From Methanothrix sp. (GTDB taxonomy: Archaea > Halobacteriota > Methanosarcinia > Methanotrichales > Methanotrichaceae), in NCBI GenBank assembly GCA_040770465.1, contig JAXGJB010000033.1, positions 1 to 33,967 on the forward strand: DNA of 33,967 nucleotides, in the 5' to 3' direction. Of the stretch, positions 11,381-21,314 are shown in pieces. The notes under the pieces are model-generated. The model was not told the DNA's origin, searched no databases, and saw only the letters and a list, made by a program, of their open reading frames with translations. Both the position numbers and the translations under genes were made by a program. Each line of letters starts with the position of its first letter. The first letter of the stretch is position 1.

Positions 11381-11711
11381 CCTCGACTTAATCGGCAACC
11401 AGCGCCTGCAAGATTTCGATTTGACGCATTTTATTCGATGACCTAATATCCCTCGCCCCGGAAACCAGACAGGGACGGATCGACCGTCCGGCCAGCCCTT
11501 CGGGAAGGGACGGATACATCAGGCTGCCCCCACACTGGAAAAGACGAATTGACCTTCAAATACTTAGCCTTAACGCGCTCCTTTCGGTCCTACCAGGAAA
11601 TGATCTCTGGTTCCCCAAAAGGCGGACGGGATCAAAGATCGCGAGCCTTTCGCCGGAGGCGTTGGAGAAGCTTTTGGGAGGGCCTGAGAAGAGCCGCCAA
11701 GGTCGGTTGAG

Positions 11712-12116
11712 CTAGACCGAGCCCTTTTCCGGGACGAACTTCGTCCCGTAGTAGATGATCCCTCGTTCCCCCTCTTTTCCCAGAATCCGAAAGACCGGTT
11801 TAACCCTCATGCCGATCTCGATCTCTTCGGGGCTGCAGATCACCTGGCCCGTCAGCCTCGGCCCCTCGTCAAGCTCGATGATGGCGAGGTTGTAAGGGGT
11901 CTGCCTCTTGAAGTCGTCGGTGGCGTTGTAGATGGTGGTGTAGGTAACCACCTTTCCCAGCCCTGAGAACTTGTACTCCTTCATCTTGGCGTCTCTGCGG
12001 CAGTTGGGGCAGATCGTCCGGGGCGGGTAGTAGCGCTCGTCGCAGTTCTCGCAGTGGGTCCCCACCAGGTTGTACCTCTGGGGTATATGTCTCCAGAATC
12101 TCGGCACTGTGGACAA
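11712..12116 (-). CDS. DUF35 Zn-ribbon/OB-fold protein (scaffold of the thiolase/HMG-CoA synthase complex)
   Basis: CENC...CPNC rubredoxin-like ribbon, G.VVTYT, PY..AIIELDEG, GIIYYG; directly downstream of the thiolase. Confidence 0.93.
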   Translation of the reverse strand: MSTVPRFWRHIPQRYNLVGTHCENCDERYYPPRTICPNCRRDAKMKEYKFSGLGKVVTYTTIYNATDDFKRQTPYNLAIIELDEGPRLTGQVICSPEEIEIGMRVKPVFRILGKEGERGIIYYGTKFVPEKGSV

Positions 12117-12120
12117 TTCG

Positions 12121-13284
12121 TCACCTCGACATGATGTGGACGAGGGCGGTGCCGCCGCACCCGCCGACGTTGTGGGTGAGGCCGACCTCGGCGCCGTCGA
12201 CCTGCCGCTCTCCAGCCTCGCCCCGGAGCTGAAGGACCATCTCGTAGGCCTGCTTGATCCCGGTGGCGCCGACGGGATGGCCGCAGGCCTTCAGCCCTCC
12301 GGAGGTGTTGATGGGGATCTTTCCGCCGATGGCAGTCAGCCCTTCTTCGGTCGCCCTGCCGCCCTCACCCTTCTCGACGAACCCCAGATCCTCGATGGCC
12401 ACGATCTCCCCTATGGTGAAGGCGTCGTGGACCTCGGCAAGGTCGATCTCTTTTGGCTCCAGACCCGCCTGGCCGAAAGCCTTCCTCGCGGCGTGTACCG
12501 AAGCGTCCAGGGTCGTGATCTCCCTCCGATCGTGGAGGGCGAGGGTGTCGCTCGCCTGGGCCGCCGCCAGGATCTTGACGGGGGCGTCGGAGTACTTGCT
12601 GGCCACCTCCGTCGGGGCCAGGACGACGGCGGCGGCGCCGTCGGTGATCGGCGAGCAGTCCAGAACCCGGAGGGGGTCGGCGACGAGGGGGGATTTCAGG
12701 ACCTTATCGACGGTGATCTCCATCTGGTACTGAGATATCGGATTCATGCGGCCGTTGTGATGGTTCTTTACGGCGACCGCCGCAAGCTCTTCCCGGGTCG
12801 TCCCGAATCGGTGCATGTGAAGCCTTGCTATCATGGCGTAGAGGGCCGGAAAAGTCGCCCCGAAGAAGCACTCCCACTCCCGGTCGGCGGCGGCGGCCAG
12901 GGCGTCGGCGGCCACGCCGCCCGTGACGTCGGTCATCTTCTCGACCCCGGCGGCGATGACGACGTCCGAGTAGCCGCTGGCCACCGCCAGGACCGCCTGT
13001 CGGAGGGCGAGCCCTCCAGAGGCGCAGGCAGCTTCGACCCGGGTGCTGGGGACGTGAAGCCGGGAGAGGCCCGCGCAGTCGGATATCAGGGCGCCTATGT
13101 GCTCCTGCTCTATGAACCGACCGCCGCTCATGTTTCCGACGTAGAGGCCGTCGATCTCCTCCCCGACCACGTTCGCATCCTCGATGGCCTTGATGCCCGT
13201 CTCCACCACCAAATCCCGGAGGGAGTCGTCCCACCTCTCCCCAAACCGGGTGCAACCGGCCCCAATAATCGATACAGATCTCAT
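12121..13284 (-). CDS. Acetoacetyl-CoA thiolase (archaeal mevalonate pathway)
   Basis: Start reassigned to [10 protein letters not shown] (13284). Motifs [28 protein letters not shown]. Confidence 0.95.
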   Translation of the reverse strand: MRSVSIIGAGCTRFGERWDDSLRDLVVETGIKAIEDANVVGEEIDGLYVGNMSGGRFIEQEHIGALISDCAGLSRLHVPSTRVEAACASGGLALRQAVLAVASGYSDVVIAAGVEKMTDVTGGVAADALAAAADREWECFFGATFPALYAMIARLHMHRFGTTREELAAVAVKNHHNGRMNPISQYQMEITVDKVLKSPLVADPLRVLDCSPITDGAAAVVLAPTEVASKYSDAPVKILAAAQASDTLALHDRREITTLDASVHAARKAFGQAGLEPKEIDLAEVHDAFTIGEIVAIEDLGFVEKGEGGRATEEGLTAIGGKIPINTSGGLKACGHPVGATGIKQAYEMVLQLRGEAGERQVDGAEVGLTHNVGGCGGTALVHIMSR

Positions 13285-13289
13285 GAATC

Positions 13290-14324
13290 TCACAGCCGAA
13301 GCTTTCCCTTGTGCTTCGCGTAAACCGCGTAGTCCAGATAGACGACGTCCTCGATGTAGTCTCTGACCCTGGGCGCCCTGTTCCGAATATCTTCTATCCC
13401 GTCGCATACCCTTATGCTGAAGGCGTCGCTCCCCGCCCCCGACCCGAAGCTCGCAAGAAATATCCTCTCACCGGGCCGGGCGACGTCCAGGGTCGCTGCA
13501 AGGCCTATGAGGCTCGACCCCGAGTAGGTGTTTCCTATCCAGGGGACGACGAGCCCCGGCTCGATCTGCTCCATAGAGAATCCGAGCTGCCGAGCCACCC
13601 TGACGGGAAACTTGCCGTTGGGCTGGTGGAAGACGGCGTAATCGTAGTCTTCGGGGATGGTCCTCATCTTCTTCAATAGGCCCCGGGTGGAGCTGGTCAC
13701 GTGCTTGAAGTAGCCGGGCTCGCCGGTGAACCTCCCGCCGTGCTCCGGATAGGGCATCCCCTCCCTCCTCCAGAAGTCCGGAGTGTCGGTGGTGAAGGAG
13801 TAGAACCCCTCGATCTCTGCCGCCAGGTTCTCGCGGCCTATGACGTAGGCCGCGCCCCCCGCGGCCGCCGTATACTCGAGAGCGTCTCCGGGCGCACCCT
13901 GGCTGGTGTCGGTCCCGATGGCGAGACCGAGGTCGATGAGGTTTGCAGACACCAGGCCCAGGCAGGCCTGGACAGCCGCGGTCCCCGCCTTGCAGGCGAA
14001 CTCGAAGTCCGCCGCAGTGAGCTCGTGGTCGACTCCGATCGCCTCGCCGACGATCGTACCCGTCGGCTTCACCGCATAGGGGTGGCTCTCTGACCCGGCA
14101 TAAATCGCCTCTATCCTTGCCGGGTCGATGGACCCTCGCTTGAGGGCGTTTCGCGCCGCCTCGACGGCTATGGTCACCGAGTCCTCGTCGGAGTCGGGGA
14201 CGGACTTCTCGAAGACGTTGAGGTTATTGGCCATGTCCTCCCTCTCGCCCCAGACCCGAGCGATCTCCTCGGCCTTTATCCTGTACCGGGGCACGTAGAC
14301 CCCGTAGCTGACTATCCCCGCCAA
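13290..14324 (-). CDS. Hydroxymethylglutaryl-CoA synthase (archaeal type)
   Basis: [47 protein letters not shown]; TTG start. Confidence 0.96.
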   Translation of the reverse strand: MAGIVSYGVYVPRYRIKAEEIARVWGEREDMANNLNVFEKSVPDSDEDSVTIAVEAARNALKRGSIDPARIEAIYAGSESHPYAVKPTGTIVGEAIGVDHELTAADFEFACKAGTAAVQACLGLVSANLIDLGLAIGTDTSQGAPGDALEYTAAAGGAAYVIGRENLAAEIEGFYSFTTDTPDFWRREGMPYPEHGGRFTGEPGYFKHVTSSTRGLLKKMRTIPEDYDYAVFHQPNGKFPVRVARQLGFSMEQIEPGLVVPWIGNTYSGSSLIGLAATLDVARPGERIFLASFGSGAGSDAFSIRVCDGIEDIRNRAPRVRDYIEDVVYLDYAVYAKHKGKLRL

Positions 14325-14328
14325 AGTA

Positions 14329-15048
14329 TCACCTGTCGCTCAGATTGTCCGCGAGATCCTCTGCCGAGATGGTGGTGGCGAGGAGGGGTATCCTCTCCAG
14401 CTCTGCGATCCTTCGAGCCACGCCGTCCACCTCTGAGGGGTCGACGCCCTGGAGTATCACGGCGCCGGGTTTGAGGTGGCTGACCCTCACCGCCACCATC
14501 GGCGACCTGCCGGATGAGACGCCAGTAAATATCAGGGCCCGAGAAGTGCTCCGGCCGTAAATCTTGGAAAACTGGTCGGGAAGAAGTTCCAGAATAGCCT
14601 TCAAACTGTCGATGATCGTATGACCGTAAATTTGGACTTCAACGTCACCGCAGACGACGCAGGCGCTGATCTGATCCACGAATTTGGAGAGCGAGATCGG
14701 CTCGTGGTACTCGCATATACAGCATACCCGTCCGAAGGACCCGCCGTCGCTGAGCATGATGCTGTAATTCCGAGCGGTGCTGCTCCCTCGAAGCTCGTCG
14801 ATGGTCAGCAGAGCGTCGATGATCTTGCTGACGATCAGAATGCCGGGGGACCGTCTTCTGCCGCTTTCGTAATCGCTTATCACGGAGGGCGAGATTCCCA
14901 GGTGGGTTGAGAGCTCGGTCTGGGTTACGCCGAAATTTCTCCGCCACTTCTTCAGGGTCTCGCCGGGATTATGTGATAATGTTATCTCACCAGCCATCTT
15001 TTCTGCGAGCAATCCTCGAATATCAGAGATATCCCCCCCAGCAGACAT
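14329..15048 (-). CDS. Conserved archaeal Cro/C1-type HTH transcriptional regulator with DRTGG-like C-terminal domain
   Basis: [44 protein letters not shown] and [20 protein letters not shown]. Start trimmed to ATG 15048 because the longer ORF overlaps the tRNA; TTTATA box about 25 nt upstream. Confidence 0.88.
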   Translation of the reverse strand: MSAGGDISDIRGLLAEKMAGEITLSHNPGETLKKWRRNFGVTQTELSTHLGISPSVISDYESGRRRSPGILIVSKIIDALLTIDELRGSSTARNYSIMLSDGGSFGRVCCICEYHEPISLSKFVDQISACVVCGDVEVQIYGHTIIDSLKAILELLPDQFSKIYGRSTSRALIFTGVSSGRSPMVAVRVSHLKPGAVILQGVDPSEVDGVARRIAELERIPLLATTISAEDLADNLSDR

Positions 15049-15136
15049 GGGGGGGAGACAGGCCTGCCTAGAATATAAAGTTAACGAAGAGGAGTTCGTC
15101 ATCTGACGAGATGATCGAGTTGCCGGAAAAACGAAA

Positions 15137-15229
15137 TGCGCCGACCGGGATTCGAACCCGGGTTTTGGGCTTGCTCCGCGACACCTGCCGCTTGGAAGGC
15201 CCAAGTCATAACCACTGGACCATCGGCGC
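15137..15229 (-). tRNA. tRNA-Gly(TCC) with a 21-nt intron at position 37/38 (intron 15172..15192)
   Basis: Acceptor stem GCGCCGA/TCGGCGC plus discriminator A, D-arm GTCCAGTGGTTATGAC, anticodon stem TGGGC/GCCCA with CT-TCC-A, T-arm CCGGG-TTCGAAT-CCCGG. The intron forms a bulge-helix-bulge; CCA is not encoded. Confidence 0.95.
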
Positions 15230-15490
15230 TCACCTTCTCCACCGCCTCGTCGAACTTAACGTTTTCGATCCGACGGGGGCCCCGAACGAGCGCGACCCTC
15301 CGGGACGCCTCCTTTCGGCTGGAGGATCAATCGGATGCGGTAGCACCAAAGAGATCTGAAGATGGCGATCCTAGGCCGACGTCCGGGTCGTCCTCCATGC
15401 CCAACCTCCCGCGACGGTTCGGATAGCTTGATATATCGAGGCGTCTTGGAAACTTCTGCTAAAGAGCTTCTTCCCGGGAGGAACTGGATC

Positions 15491-16036
15491 TTGAATTCGC
15501 TCGTAATCGCGATCTGGCTGATGCTGCCCGCATATCTGCCCAACAACTTCGCCGTCCTCTTCGGCGGCGGGAGGCCTCTGGACTTCGGCAGAAGGTTTCG
15601 GGACGGCCGCCGCATCCTCGGCGACGGCAAGACCTTTCGGGGCACGATCGCCGGGACCCTGGCCGGGGTGGCGATGGGCCTCGTCCTCAACGAGATCGCA
15701 TCCGCGAGACCGGAACTCGGCCTTCCGGGCTTCGGCGTCGGCTACGAGCTTTTTTTCGTTCTAATCGCCCTCTCCCTCGGGGCGATGGCCGGAGACATCG
15801 TCTCCAGCTTCTTCAAGAGGAGGATGGGGATGGAGAGAGGGGCGGCCCTCTTCCTCGCCGACCAGCTGGACTTCGTCATCGGATGCTGGGCTCTTCTGCT
15901 GGTTCTCGCTCCCCGGTGGTTCTCCGAGAACTTCACCTCCGGGATTATATTCATCGTCCTGATCGTAACACCAATCCTCCACAGGGCTACGAACATAATC
16001 GGGTACAAGATCAAAGCTAAGAAGGAGCCGTGGTGA
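15491..16036 (+). CDS. carS: CDP-archaeol synthase (CDP-2,3-bis-O-geranylgeranyl-sn-glycerol synthase)
   Basis: [25 protein letters not shown]...[30 protein letters not shown], terminal KKEPW. Start probably TTG 15491 (ORF track gives 15362). Confidence 0.93.
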   Translation: MNSLVIAIWLMLPAYLPNNFAVLFGGGRPLDFGRRFRDGRRILGDGKTFRGTIAGTLAGVAMGLVLNEIASARPELGLPGFGVGYELFFVLIALSLGAMAGDIVSSFFKRRMGMERGAALFLADQLDFVIGCWALLLVLAPRWFSENFTSGIIFIVLIVTPILHRATNIIGYKIKAKKEPW

Positions 16037-16268
16037 AGAAGATCGACCGGTTTTCATTGCAAACCCCGGTGTTTTCAGGTTGTAAACAGCTTTTATCCAG
16101 GATTCGATGGTTTTTTTTCTCGGAATCATCAGCTTATTTCGAGGGGAATACCCTTAAACTTCCGGAGATCCCTATTTTATAATTCAATCTTTGATTATTC
16201 ATTTTTGTCCCGTTCAGACCCTCCAAACCCGAGACGAAAAAAGAAAAATGAGGGTAACATCGCAATTT

Positions 16269-16283
16269 CGAAAGCTTTATAAG
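16269..16283 (+). promoter_or_regulatory. BRE/TATA promoter of the mtr operon
   Basis: CGAAAG-C-TTTATAA about 90 nt upstream of mtrE; AGGAGG RBS just before the ATG. Confidence 0.75.
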
Positions 16284-16368
16284 TCCAGTAACCGATAGTC
16301 AGTACGTTACTCGCCAAATTTTTCATAGATTACTATGATTTGGCAAGAATTAAAAAGGAGGAGAGCAA

Positions 16369-17277
16369 ATGGACATGGTTAGCATGGGGCTCCTGGCAGC
16401 TATGGGTGCCCTTGCGACAGTAGCCGGTGCAAGCGAGGACTTAGAGTCCGATGTGGGTTCTCAGAGCAACCCCAACTCGCAGGTCCAGTTGGCTGCTCAG
16501 GTGGGTCATCCCCACAGAATTTACAACAAAGCCATTTCTGGAGAGCCACCATCGAACGCTCTTTACGCCAGCCTTGCCGCAGTTACAGCTAGTGTCTTAA
16601 TGTCCGGGTATGGCATGAACGCGTTCTTTGCGATCGCCATCGGCGCGGTCGTCGCTTCGATATTCAACGGCATCTATTCAGTTACCGCCTATATGGGCAG
16701 GAATACGAGCCAGGCGCGATTCAACCAGTACGTCTACCTGGACGTTCTGCGCACTCACACCACCGCCATCATGGCACATGCGTACATTACTGCCTTCTGC
16801 GTTGTCGGCATCTCCTACATCATGACAGCCCCGTGGCTTCCGATTCAGCATCCCTTCCCGATGCCCCTGGTGGCATTGATATGGGGTCTTGCCATCGGTG
16901 CCATCGGCTCGTCGACCGGAGACGTTCACTATGGAGGAGAGAGGGAGTTTCAGAACTACATATTCGGTGCGGGGCTCAACGCCGCCAACTCCGGTGACAT
17001 AGTCACCAAGGCCGAGGCTGGCCTGAGAAGCTCCATCGACAACGTCTGGTTCTGTGCTCGGTTCGGAGGCCCAGTCACTGGTATGGCCTTCGGGTTGACC
17101 GTCTTCCTGGACAACTGGCGGACCACCATCTTCGATCCGGCCACCCAGGGATGGTATGCGGTGCTGACCGGGATAGTGATCGTCATTCTGTTCATCGTCT
17201 ACAACAGAATCCTAGAGGTCAGAGCGAGAAAGAGGTACGGGCCCTATCCCGAATACAAGGGGGACATTGAGGCATGA
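16369..17277 (+). CDS. mtrE: Tetrahydromethanopterin S-methyltransferase subunit E
   Basis: EDLESDVGSQSNPNSQVQLA, NKAISGEP, GDVHYG; first gene of the operon. Confidence 0.98.
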   Translation: MDMVSMGLLAAMGALATVAGASEDLESDVGSQSNPNSQVQLAAQVGHPHRIYNKAISGEPPSNALYASLAAVTASVLMSGYGMNAFFAIAIGAVVASIFNGIYSVTAYMGRNTSQARFNQYVYLDVLRTHTTAIMAHAYITAFCVVGISYIMTAPWLPIQHPFPMPLVALIWGLAIGAIGSSTGDVHYGGEREFQNYIFGAGLNAANSGDIVTKAEAGLRSSIDNVWFCARFGGPVTGMAFGLTVFLDNWRTTIFDPATQGWYAVLTGIVIVILFIVYNRILEVRARKRYGPYPEYKGDIEA

Positions 17278-17969
17278 TTCCTCCGATTGACTCTAGCATG
17301 CTAGTGCACATAATTGAGATCGTCATTGGCGGGTTATTGGTGGGCATCGGCGTCCACTTCGTCCCTGTCGGTGGCGCTCCAGCTGCCATGGCCCAGGCCA
17401 CCGGTGTGGGGACGGGCACAGTGCAGCTGGCTGCCGGCTCTGGCCTCACCGGCCTCTTGAGCGCCGGCCTGATGTTGAATTATACAGACAACATGTTTCT
17501 GGTGGTTATAAGTGGTGCCGTAGGCGCCATGATAATGATAGACGCCACCATGATCGTGGGCAACTGGGTCTACATCTATGGTGTTGGTACTCCTCTGGCA
17601 TCTGCCAAGGCGAACTACGACCCGATAACCAAAGATTCCCAGGCACCTTACGTCGCCCCAGGGACCGTCGGCCAGGGGATACCCACCGTCTGCTTCGTCA
17701 GCGGAACCATCGGAGGTCTCCTCGGTGGAGCTGGTGGATCCCTGATCTACTACGTCCTCTATCAGATCAACCGGGACCCGGGGCTCTCAGCCTTCTTCGC
17801 CATCGGGATCTTCGTGGTGAACGCCGTCATCGCATCCTACAACATCCAGGGGACGATCGAAGGGTTCCACGACCCCAAGTTCAAGCGGGTTCCTCGGGCC
17901 TTCCAGGTCTGTTTGGTGGCATCGCTGATCATAGCAATATTTGCCGTGCTGATTTCGGGAGGTCACTGA
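17274..17969 (+). CDS. mtrD: Tetrahydromethanopterin S-methyltransferase subunit D
   Basis: VHFVPVGGAPAAMAQATGVGTGT, GTIEGFHDPKFK. Confidence 0.98.
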   Translation: MIPPIDSSMLVHIIEIVIGGLLVGIGVHFVPVGGAPAAMAQATGVGTGTVQLAAGSGLTGLLSAGLMLNYTDNMFLVVISGAVGAMIMIDATMIVGNWVYIYGVGTPLASAKANYDPITKDSQAPYVAPGTVGQGIPTVCFVSGTIGGLLGGAGGSLIYYVLYQINRDPGLSAFFAIGIFVVNAVIASYNIQGTIEGFHDPKFKRVPRAFQVCLVASLIIAIFAVLISGGH

Positions 17970-17970
17970 T

Positions 17971-18774
17971 ATGAGCGTTGCAGCAGGTGGAGGAGAAGCG
18001 AAGATCGACAAGACGAAGCTGAATATGTACGGCCTCGGCGGTGGAATCCTCGGCATATACCTGGCCCACGTCCTGAATGACGTCACCGGGACTGCTTACT
18101 TCTCGTTCCTGGCGGGCCTCGGGGTCATCGCCGCAGTGGTGATGGGCGCCGACGCCACCCGGAGAGTTTGCAGCTACGGTATCGGCACGGGTGTCCCGTC
18201 CATCGGCCTGATGGCCATGGGGATGGGGCTTGTCGCGGCGATGTTCGGCCTCTCAATCGGAGGAGTTGCAGGCCCGATCATAGGGATCGCCGTCTCCATG
18301 GGGTTCGGATACTTCGTCGGCCTTCTCACTAACAAGATCATCAAGATGAACATCCCCGTCATGGAGGAGACTCTGATGACCCTGGGCGGCGCTGGTGCGA
18401 TAGTTCTGATAGGCTTGGGCGTCATGGTATCCGGAGTGATCGACTATCCGATCATCATCGGAAACGTCATCGATACTGGATATATAGCGATAATCTTCAT
18501 CGCCGGAAGCCTCGCCATATTGCACCCATTCAACGCGAACCTCGGGCCCGACGAGACCCAGGACAGAACCCTCATTCACGCCGTCTCGACGGGTGCCCTG
18601 GCGATGTTCGCCGCAGGTCTCGCGTCCCTATATACCATAGGCGCCGAGGGGATAATCTCGGTGATCATAGCCGCCATCGTCTGGATCGTCTTCTTCAAGC
18701 GGTACTTCGCGCTGGTCAAGAGGGACTCTGCTGGCGTCAAAGGGACCGGTCTTCTTCCTGAGGGAGGTCTGTAG
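17971..18774 (+). CDS. mtrC: Tetrahydromethanopterin S-methyltransferase subunit C
   Basis: SYGIGTGVPSIG, ILHPFNANLGPDE.QDRTL; membrane protein. Confidence 0.98.
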   Translation: MSVAAGGGEAKIDKTKLNMYGLGGGILGIYLAHVLNDVTGTAYFSFLAGLGVIAAVVMGADATRRVCSYGIGTGVPSIGLMAMGMGLVAAMFGLSIGGVAGPIIGIAVSMGFGYFVGLLTNKIIKMNIPVMEETLMTLGGAGAIVLIGLGVMVSGVIDYPIIIGNVIDTGYIAIIFIAGSLAILHPFNANLGPDETQDRTLIHAVSTGALAMFAAGLASLYTIGAEGIISVIIAAIVWIVFFKRYFALVKRDSAGVKGTGLLPEGGL

Positions 18775-19086
18775 ATGGGAATTGTTAGAGCTGCTCCCTC
18801 TGATCTGCATCTGGTCTTCGACCCCCTCGAGGGGATGATCGCAGAGGAGAGGGATGACGTCGTCCAATTCGCTCTGGACCCGATAATGGCCCAGATCGAT
18901 GAGATAAACAAGGTCGCCGACGACCTGGTGAACTCGCTCGACCCCCGGGCGCCCCTCCTGAACTCTTACAAGGGAAGAGAGGGCGCAAGCTACATGGCGG
19001 GGATTTATACCAACATCTGGTACGGGTTCATCATCGGCCTAGTCGTCGCCTTCGTGTACTTAATCTCCCATGGAGGTGTGTTCTAA
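18775..19086 (+). CDS. mtrB: Tetrahydromethanopterin S-methyltransferase subunit B
   Basis: ADDLVNSLDP...LNSY.GREG...AG..TN.WYGF; operon position. Confidence 0.96.
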   Translation: MGIVRAAPSDLHLVFDPLEGMIAEERDDVVQFALDPIMAQIDEINKVADDLVNSLDPRAPLLNSYKGREGASYMAGIYTNIWYGFIIGLVVAFVYLISHGGVF

Positions 19087-19815
19087 ATGGCCAACAAGAA
19101 GCCGACATCTGACCCCTGGCCCTGGCTCACCGGCGAGTACGTGGTGGGAAACCCCGAAAGCCCGGTGGCCGTCGTGACATGTGGGTCTCACCTGAACAAC
19201 ACACCCTTCCTGGATGCGGGTGCGGCCCTGGCGGGCCCCTGCAAGACAGAGAACATCGGCATCGAGAAGATGGTCGCCAACATCATCTCCAACCCCAACA
19301 TCAGGTTTCTGGTAATAACCGGGATGGAGGTCAAGGGCCACATCACGGGCCAGGCGATCGAGGCTTTTGCAGCAAACGGGATCGATCAGGAAGGGAGGAT
19401 CGTGGGGGCCACGGGAGCCATCCCCTTCATCCAGAACCTGACCCCCGACGCGATTGAGAGGTTCAAAGAGCAGGTCGAGACGATCAACATCATCGACACC
19501 GAGGATACCGGCACCATCGTCTCCAAGATCAAGGAGTGCATCTCCAAGGATCCGGGCGCCCTCGACGTGGAGCCCATGGCCGTGGAGATCTCCGAAGGTG
19601 GAGAGGAGGAGGAAGCTCACGGGCTTCGTCCCATGGCAGGGGAGATCGCCAACATCCGGGCGAGGATGAAGCAGATCGAAACTGCAATGACCAGCATGGG
19701 GATCCAGAACAAGCACGCTGCCGGCGTCTACGCCGGGAAGATCGAAGGGATCGCAGCGGGACTGACAATAGTTCTGATCCTCTTCGGGTTGATCCTCAGC
19801 ATAGGAGGGATGTGA
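19087..19815 (+). CDS. mtrA: Tetrahydromethanopterin S-methyltransferase subunit A (corrinoid protein)
   Basis: VAVVTCGSH, GPCKTENIGIEK, NPNIRF, EVKGHITGQ (cobamide-ligand His), C-terminal membrane anchor. Confidence 0.98.
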   Translation: MANKKPTSDPWPWLTGEYVVGNPESPVAVVTCGSHLNNTPFLDAGAALAGPCKTENIGIEKMVANIISNPNIRFLVITGMEVKGHITGQAIEAFAANGIDQEGRIVGATGAIPFIQNLTPDAIERFKEQVETINIIDTEDTGTIVSKIKECISKDPGALDVEPMAVEISEGGEEEEAHGLRPMAGEIANIRARMKQIETAMTSMGIQNKHAAGVYAGKIEGIAAGLTIVLILFGLILSIGGM

Positions 19816-19816
19816 G

Positions 19817-20083
19817 ATGGCAGATGAAGAGATGAAGACCGAAGAGGTCGCAGAAGTGGCGAAACCGATAACTGCCGACATCCCATACGGGAAGGGACTG
19901 CCCACCGTGTTGATGCCCTTCATGGGACCCTTTGACCAGATCACCGATAGCATCGTATACAAGGCACAGCTGGTGGCCAGAGATCAGAAGTTGAGTTCGG
20001 GCGTTAACGCCTCAATGCCCATCGGAGCCGTCGTAGGCTTCCTCTTCGCGATTCTGATGATTCTCTTGCCACTGTATTTATGA
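19817..20083 (+). CDS. mtrF: Tetrahydromethanopterin S-methyltransferase subunit F
   Basis: YKAQLVARDQKL.SG plus a single C-terminal TM helix; operon position. Confidence 0.93.
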   Translation: MADEEMKTEEVAEVAKPITADIPYGKGLPTVLMPFMGPFDQITDSIVYKAQLVARDQKLSSGVNASMPIGAVVGFLFAILMILLPLYL

Positions 20084-20100
20084 CCTGAGGTGATACAGTT

Positions 20101-20325
20101 ATGGCTCAAGATAATCGAGAGGTAGTACCCAGCGTCGTAGTCGATCAGGATCAGTACAGACAGGTCCTGGACCAGCTGGCCAAGATCGATGAGAAGATAG
20201 AGTTCGTGAGTTCGGAGATCGCCCAGAGGCAGGGCAAGAAGCTCGGCAGAGATATAGGCATCCTTTACGGGGTCTGTGGAGGATTAATATTAGTGCTGGC
20301 ATACTATTTGCTGGCAGTTGTGTGA
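20101..20325 (+). CDS. mtrG: Tetrahydromethanopterin S-methyltransferase subunit G
   Basis: IDEKIEF..SEIAQR.GKKLGRDIGILYG. Confidence 0.96.
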   Translation: MAQDNREVVPSVVVDQDQYRQVLDQLAKIDEKIEFVSSEIAQRQGKKLGRDIGILYGVCGGLILVLAYYLLAVV

Positions 20326-20334
20326 GGGTTTGAT

Positions 20335-21270
20335 ATGTTCAGGTTTGACAAGAAGCAAGAGGTATTCGAGTTCGGCAAGATCAAGGTGGGAGGTCAGCCC
20401 GGCGAGTACCCCACCGTCTGCATAGGCACGATGTTCTATTCCCGGCACAAGATAGTGACCGACGAGGACAAGGGTCTCTTCGACGTTGCCGCCGCGGAGA
20501 AGCTGTGGAAAGACCAGGAAGAGATGAGCGACACCACTGGTAACCCCTGTTTCAACCAGATCGTCGCCGAGACCGACGAGGCGATGACCAAGTATCTGGA
20601 CTGGTTCGTCGATATATCCGATGCGCCCTTCCTGGTGGACTCCAGCGCCCCCAGCGTTCGTGGGTTCGGTGTCAAGTACGCCACCGAGATCGGCGTCGCC
20701 GACAGGGCGATCCACAACTCCATCAACGCCAGCATCACCCCCGAGGAGTTCCAGGCCGTCAAGGAGAGCGATCTCGACGCCGCCATCGTCCTCGCCTTCA
20801 ACGCCCTCGACTCCACCACCAAGGGGAAGATGGACGTTCTGACGAAGGCTGCAGGAGGCGCAGAGAAGGGAATGCTCGACTACGCAAAGGAGGCGGGGAT
20901 TACAAGGCCCCTCATCGACGTCGCTGCCATGCCCCTGGGCAACGGCTCCGGCGCCACCATCAGGGCAGGGATGGCCGTCAAGGCTCTTCTCGGACTGCCC
21001 GTCGGCGCAGGCTACCACAACGGCGCCTCCGCCTGGGACTGGATGAAGAAGTACAAGAAGGTAAACAGAGCTGCCTTCCCGCCGGTGGACATCGGATCGA
21101 ACCTCGTGGCCGGGATTGTGGGAGCCGACTATTACCTCTACGGCCCCATCGAGAACGCCACCATCGTCTTCCCAGCAGCTGCCATGGTCGACATCATGTG
21201 CGCAGAGAGCGCAAAAGAGCTCGGCCTGGAAGTCCTGGACCCGAACCACCCCATCAACAAGCTGCTCTGA
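20335..21270 (+). CDS. mtrH: Tetrahydromethanopterin S-methyltransferase subunit H
   Basis: MFRFDKKQ...GGQPGEYPTV, NSIN, HN..SAWDW, LYGPIENA. Confidence 0.98.
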   Translation: MFRFDKKQEVFEFGKIKVGGQPGEYPTVCIGTMFYSRHKIVTDEDKGLFDVAAAEKLWKDQEEMSDTTGNPCFNQIVAETDEAMTKYLDWFVDISDAPFLVDSSAPSVRGFGVKYATEIGVADRAIHNSINASITPEEFQAVKESDLDAAIVLAFNALDSTTKGKMDVLTKAAGGAEKGMLDYAKEAGITRPLIDVAAMPLGNGSGATIRAGMAVKALLGLPVGAGYHNGASAWDWMKKYKKVNRAAFPPVDIGSNLVAGIVGADYYLYGPIENATIVFPAAAMVDIMCAESAKELGLEVLDPNHPINKLL

Positions 21271-21277
21271 ACCCCCC

Positions 21278-21302
21278 TCTTTTTTTCTTTTTTTTCCTTT
21301 TT
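21278..21302 (+). terminator. Oligo(T) archaeal terminator of the mtr operon
   Basis: TCTTTTTTTCTTTTTTTTCCTTTTT immediately after the mtrH stop. Confidence 0.8.
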
Positions 21303-21314
21303 GAGGCGATCTTC

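Noticed and set aside
15049-15204. N-terminal extension of the HTH ORF
   Set aside because: Runs through the tRNA-Gly gene and the TATA box; not coding.
15137-15229. tRNA as an integration site for a mobile element
   Set aside because: No integrase and no duplicated tRNA 3' end seen in the window; the flanks are core genes.
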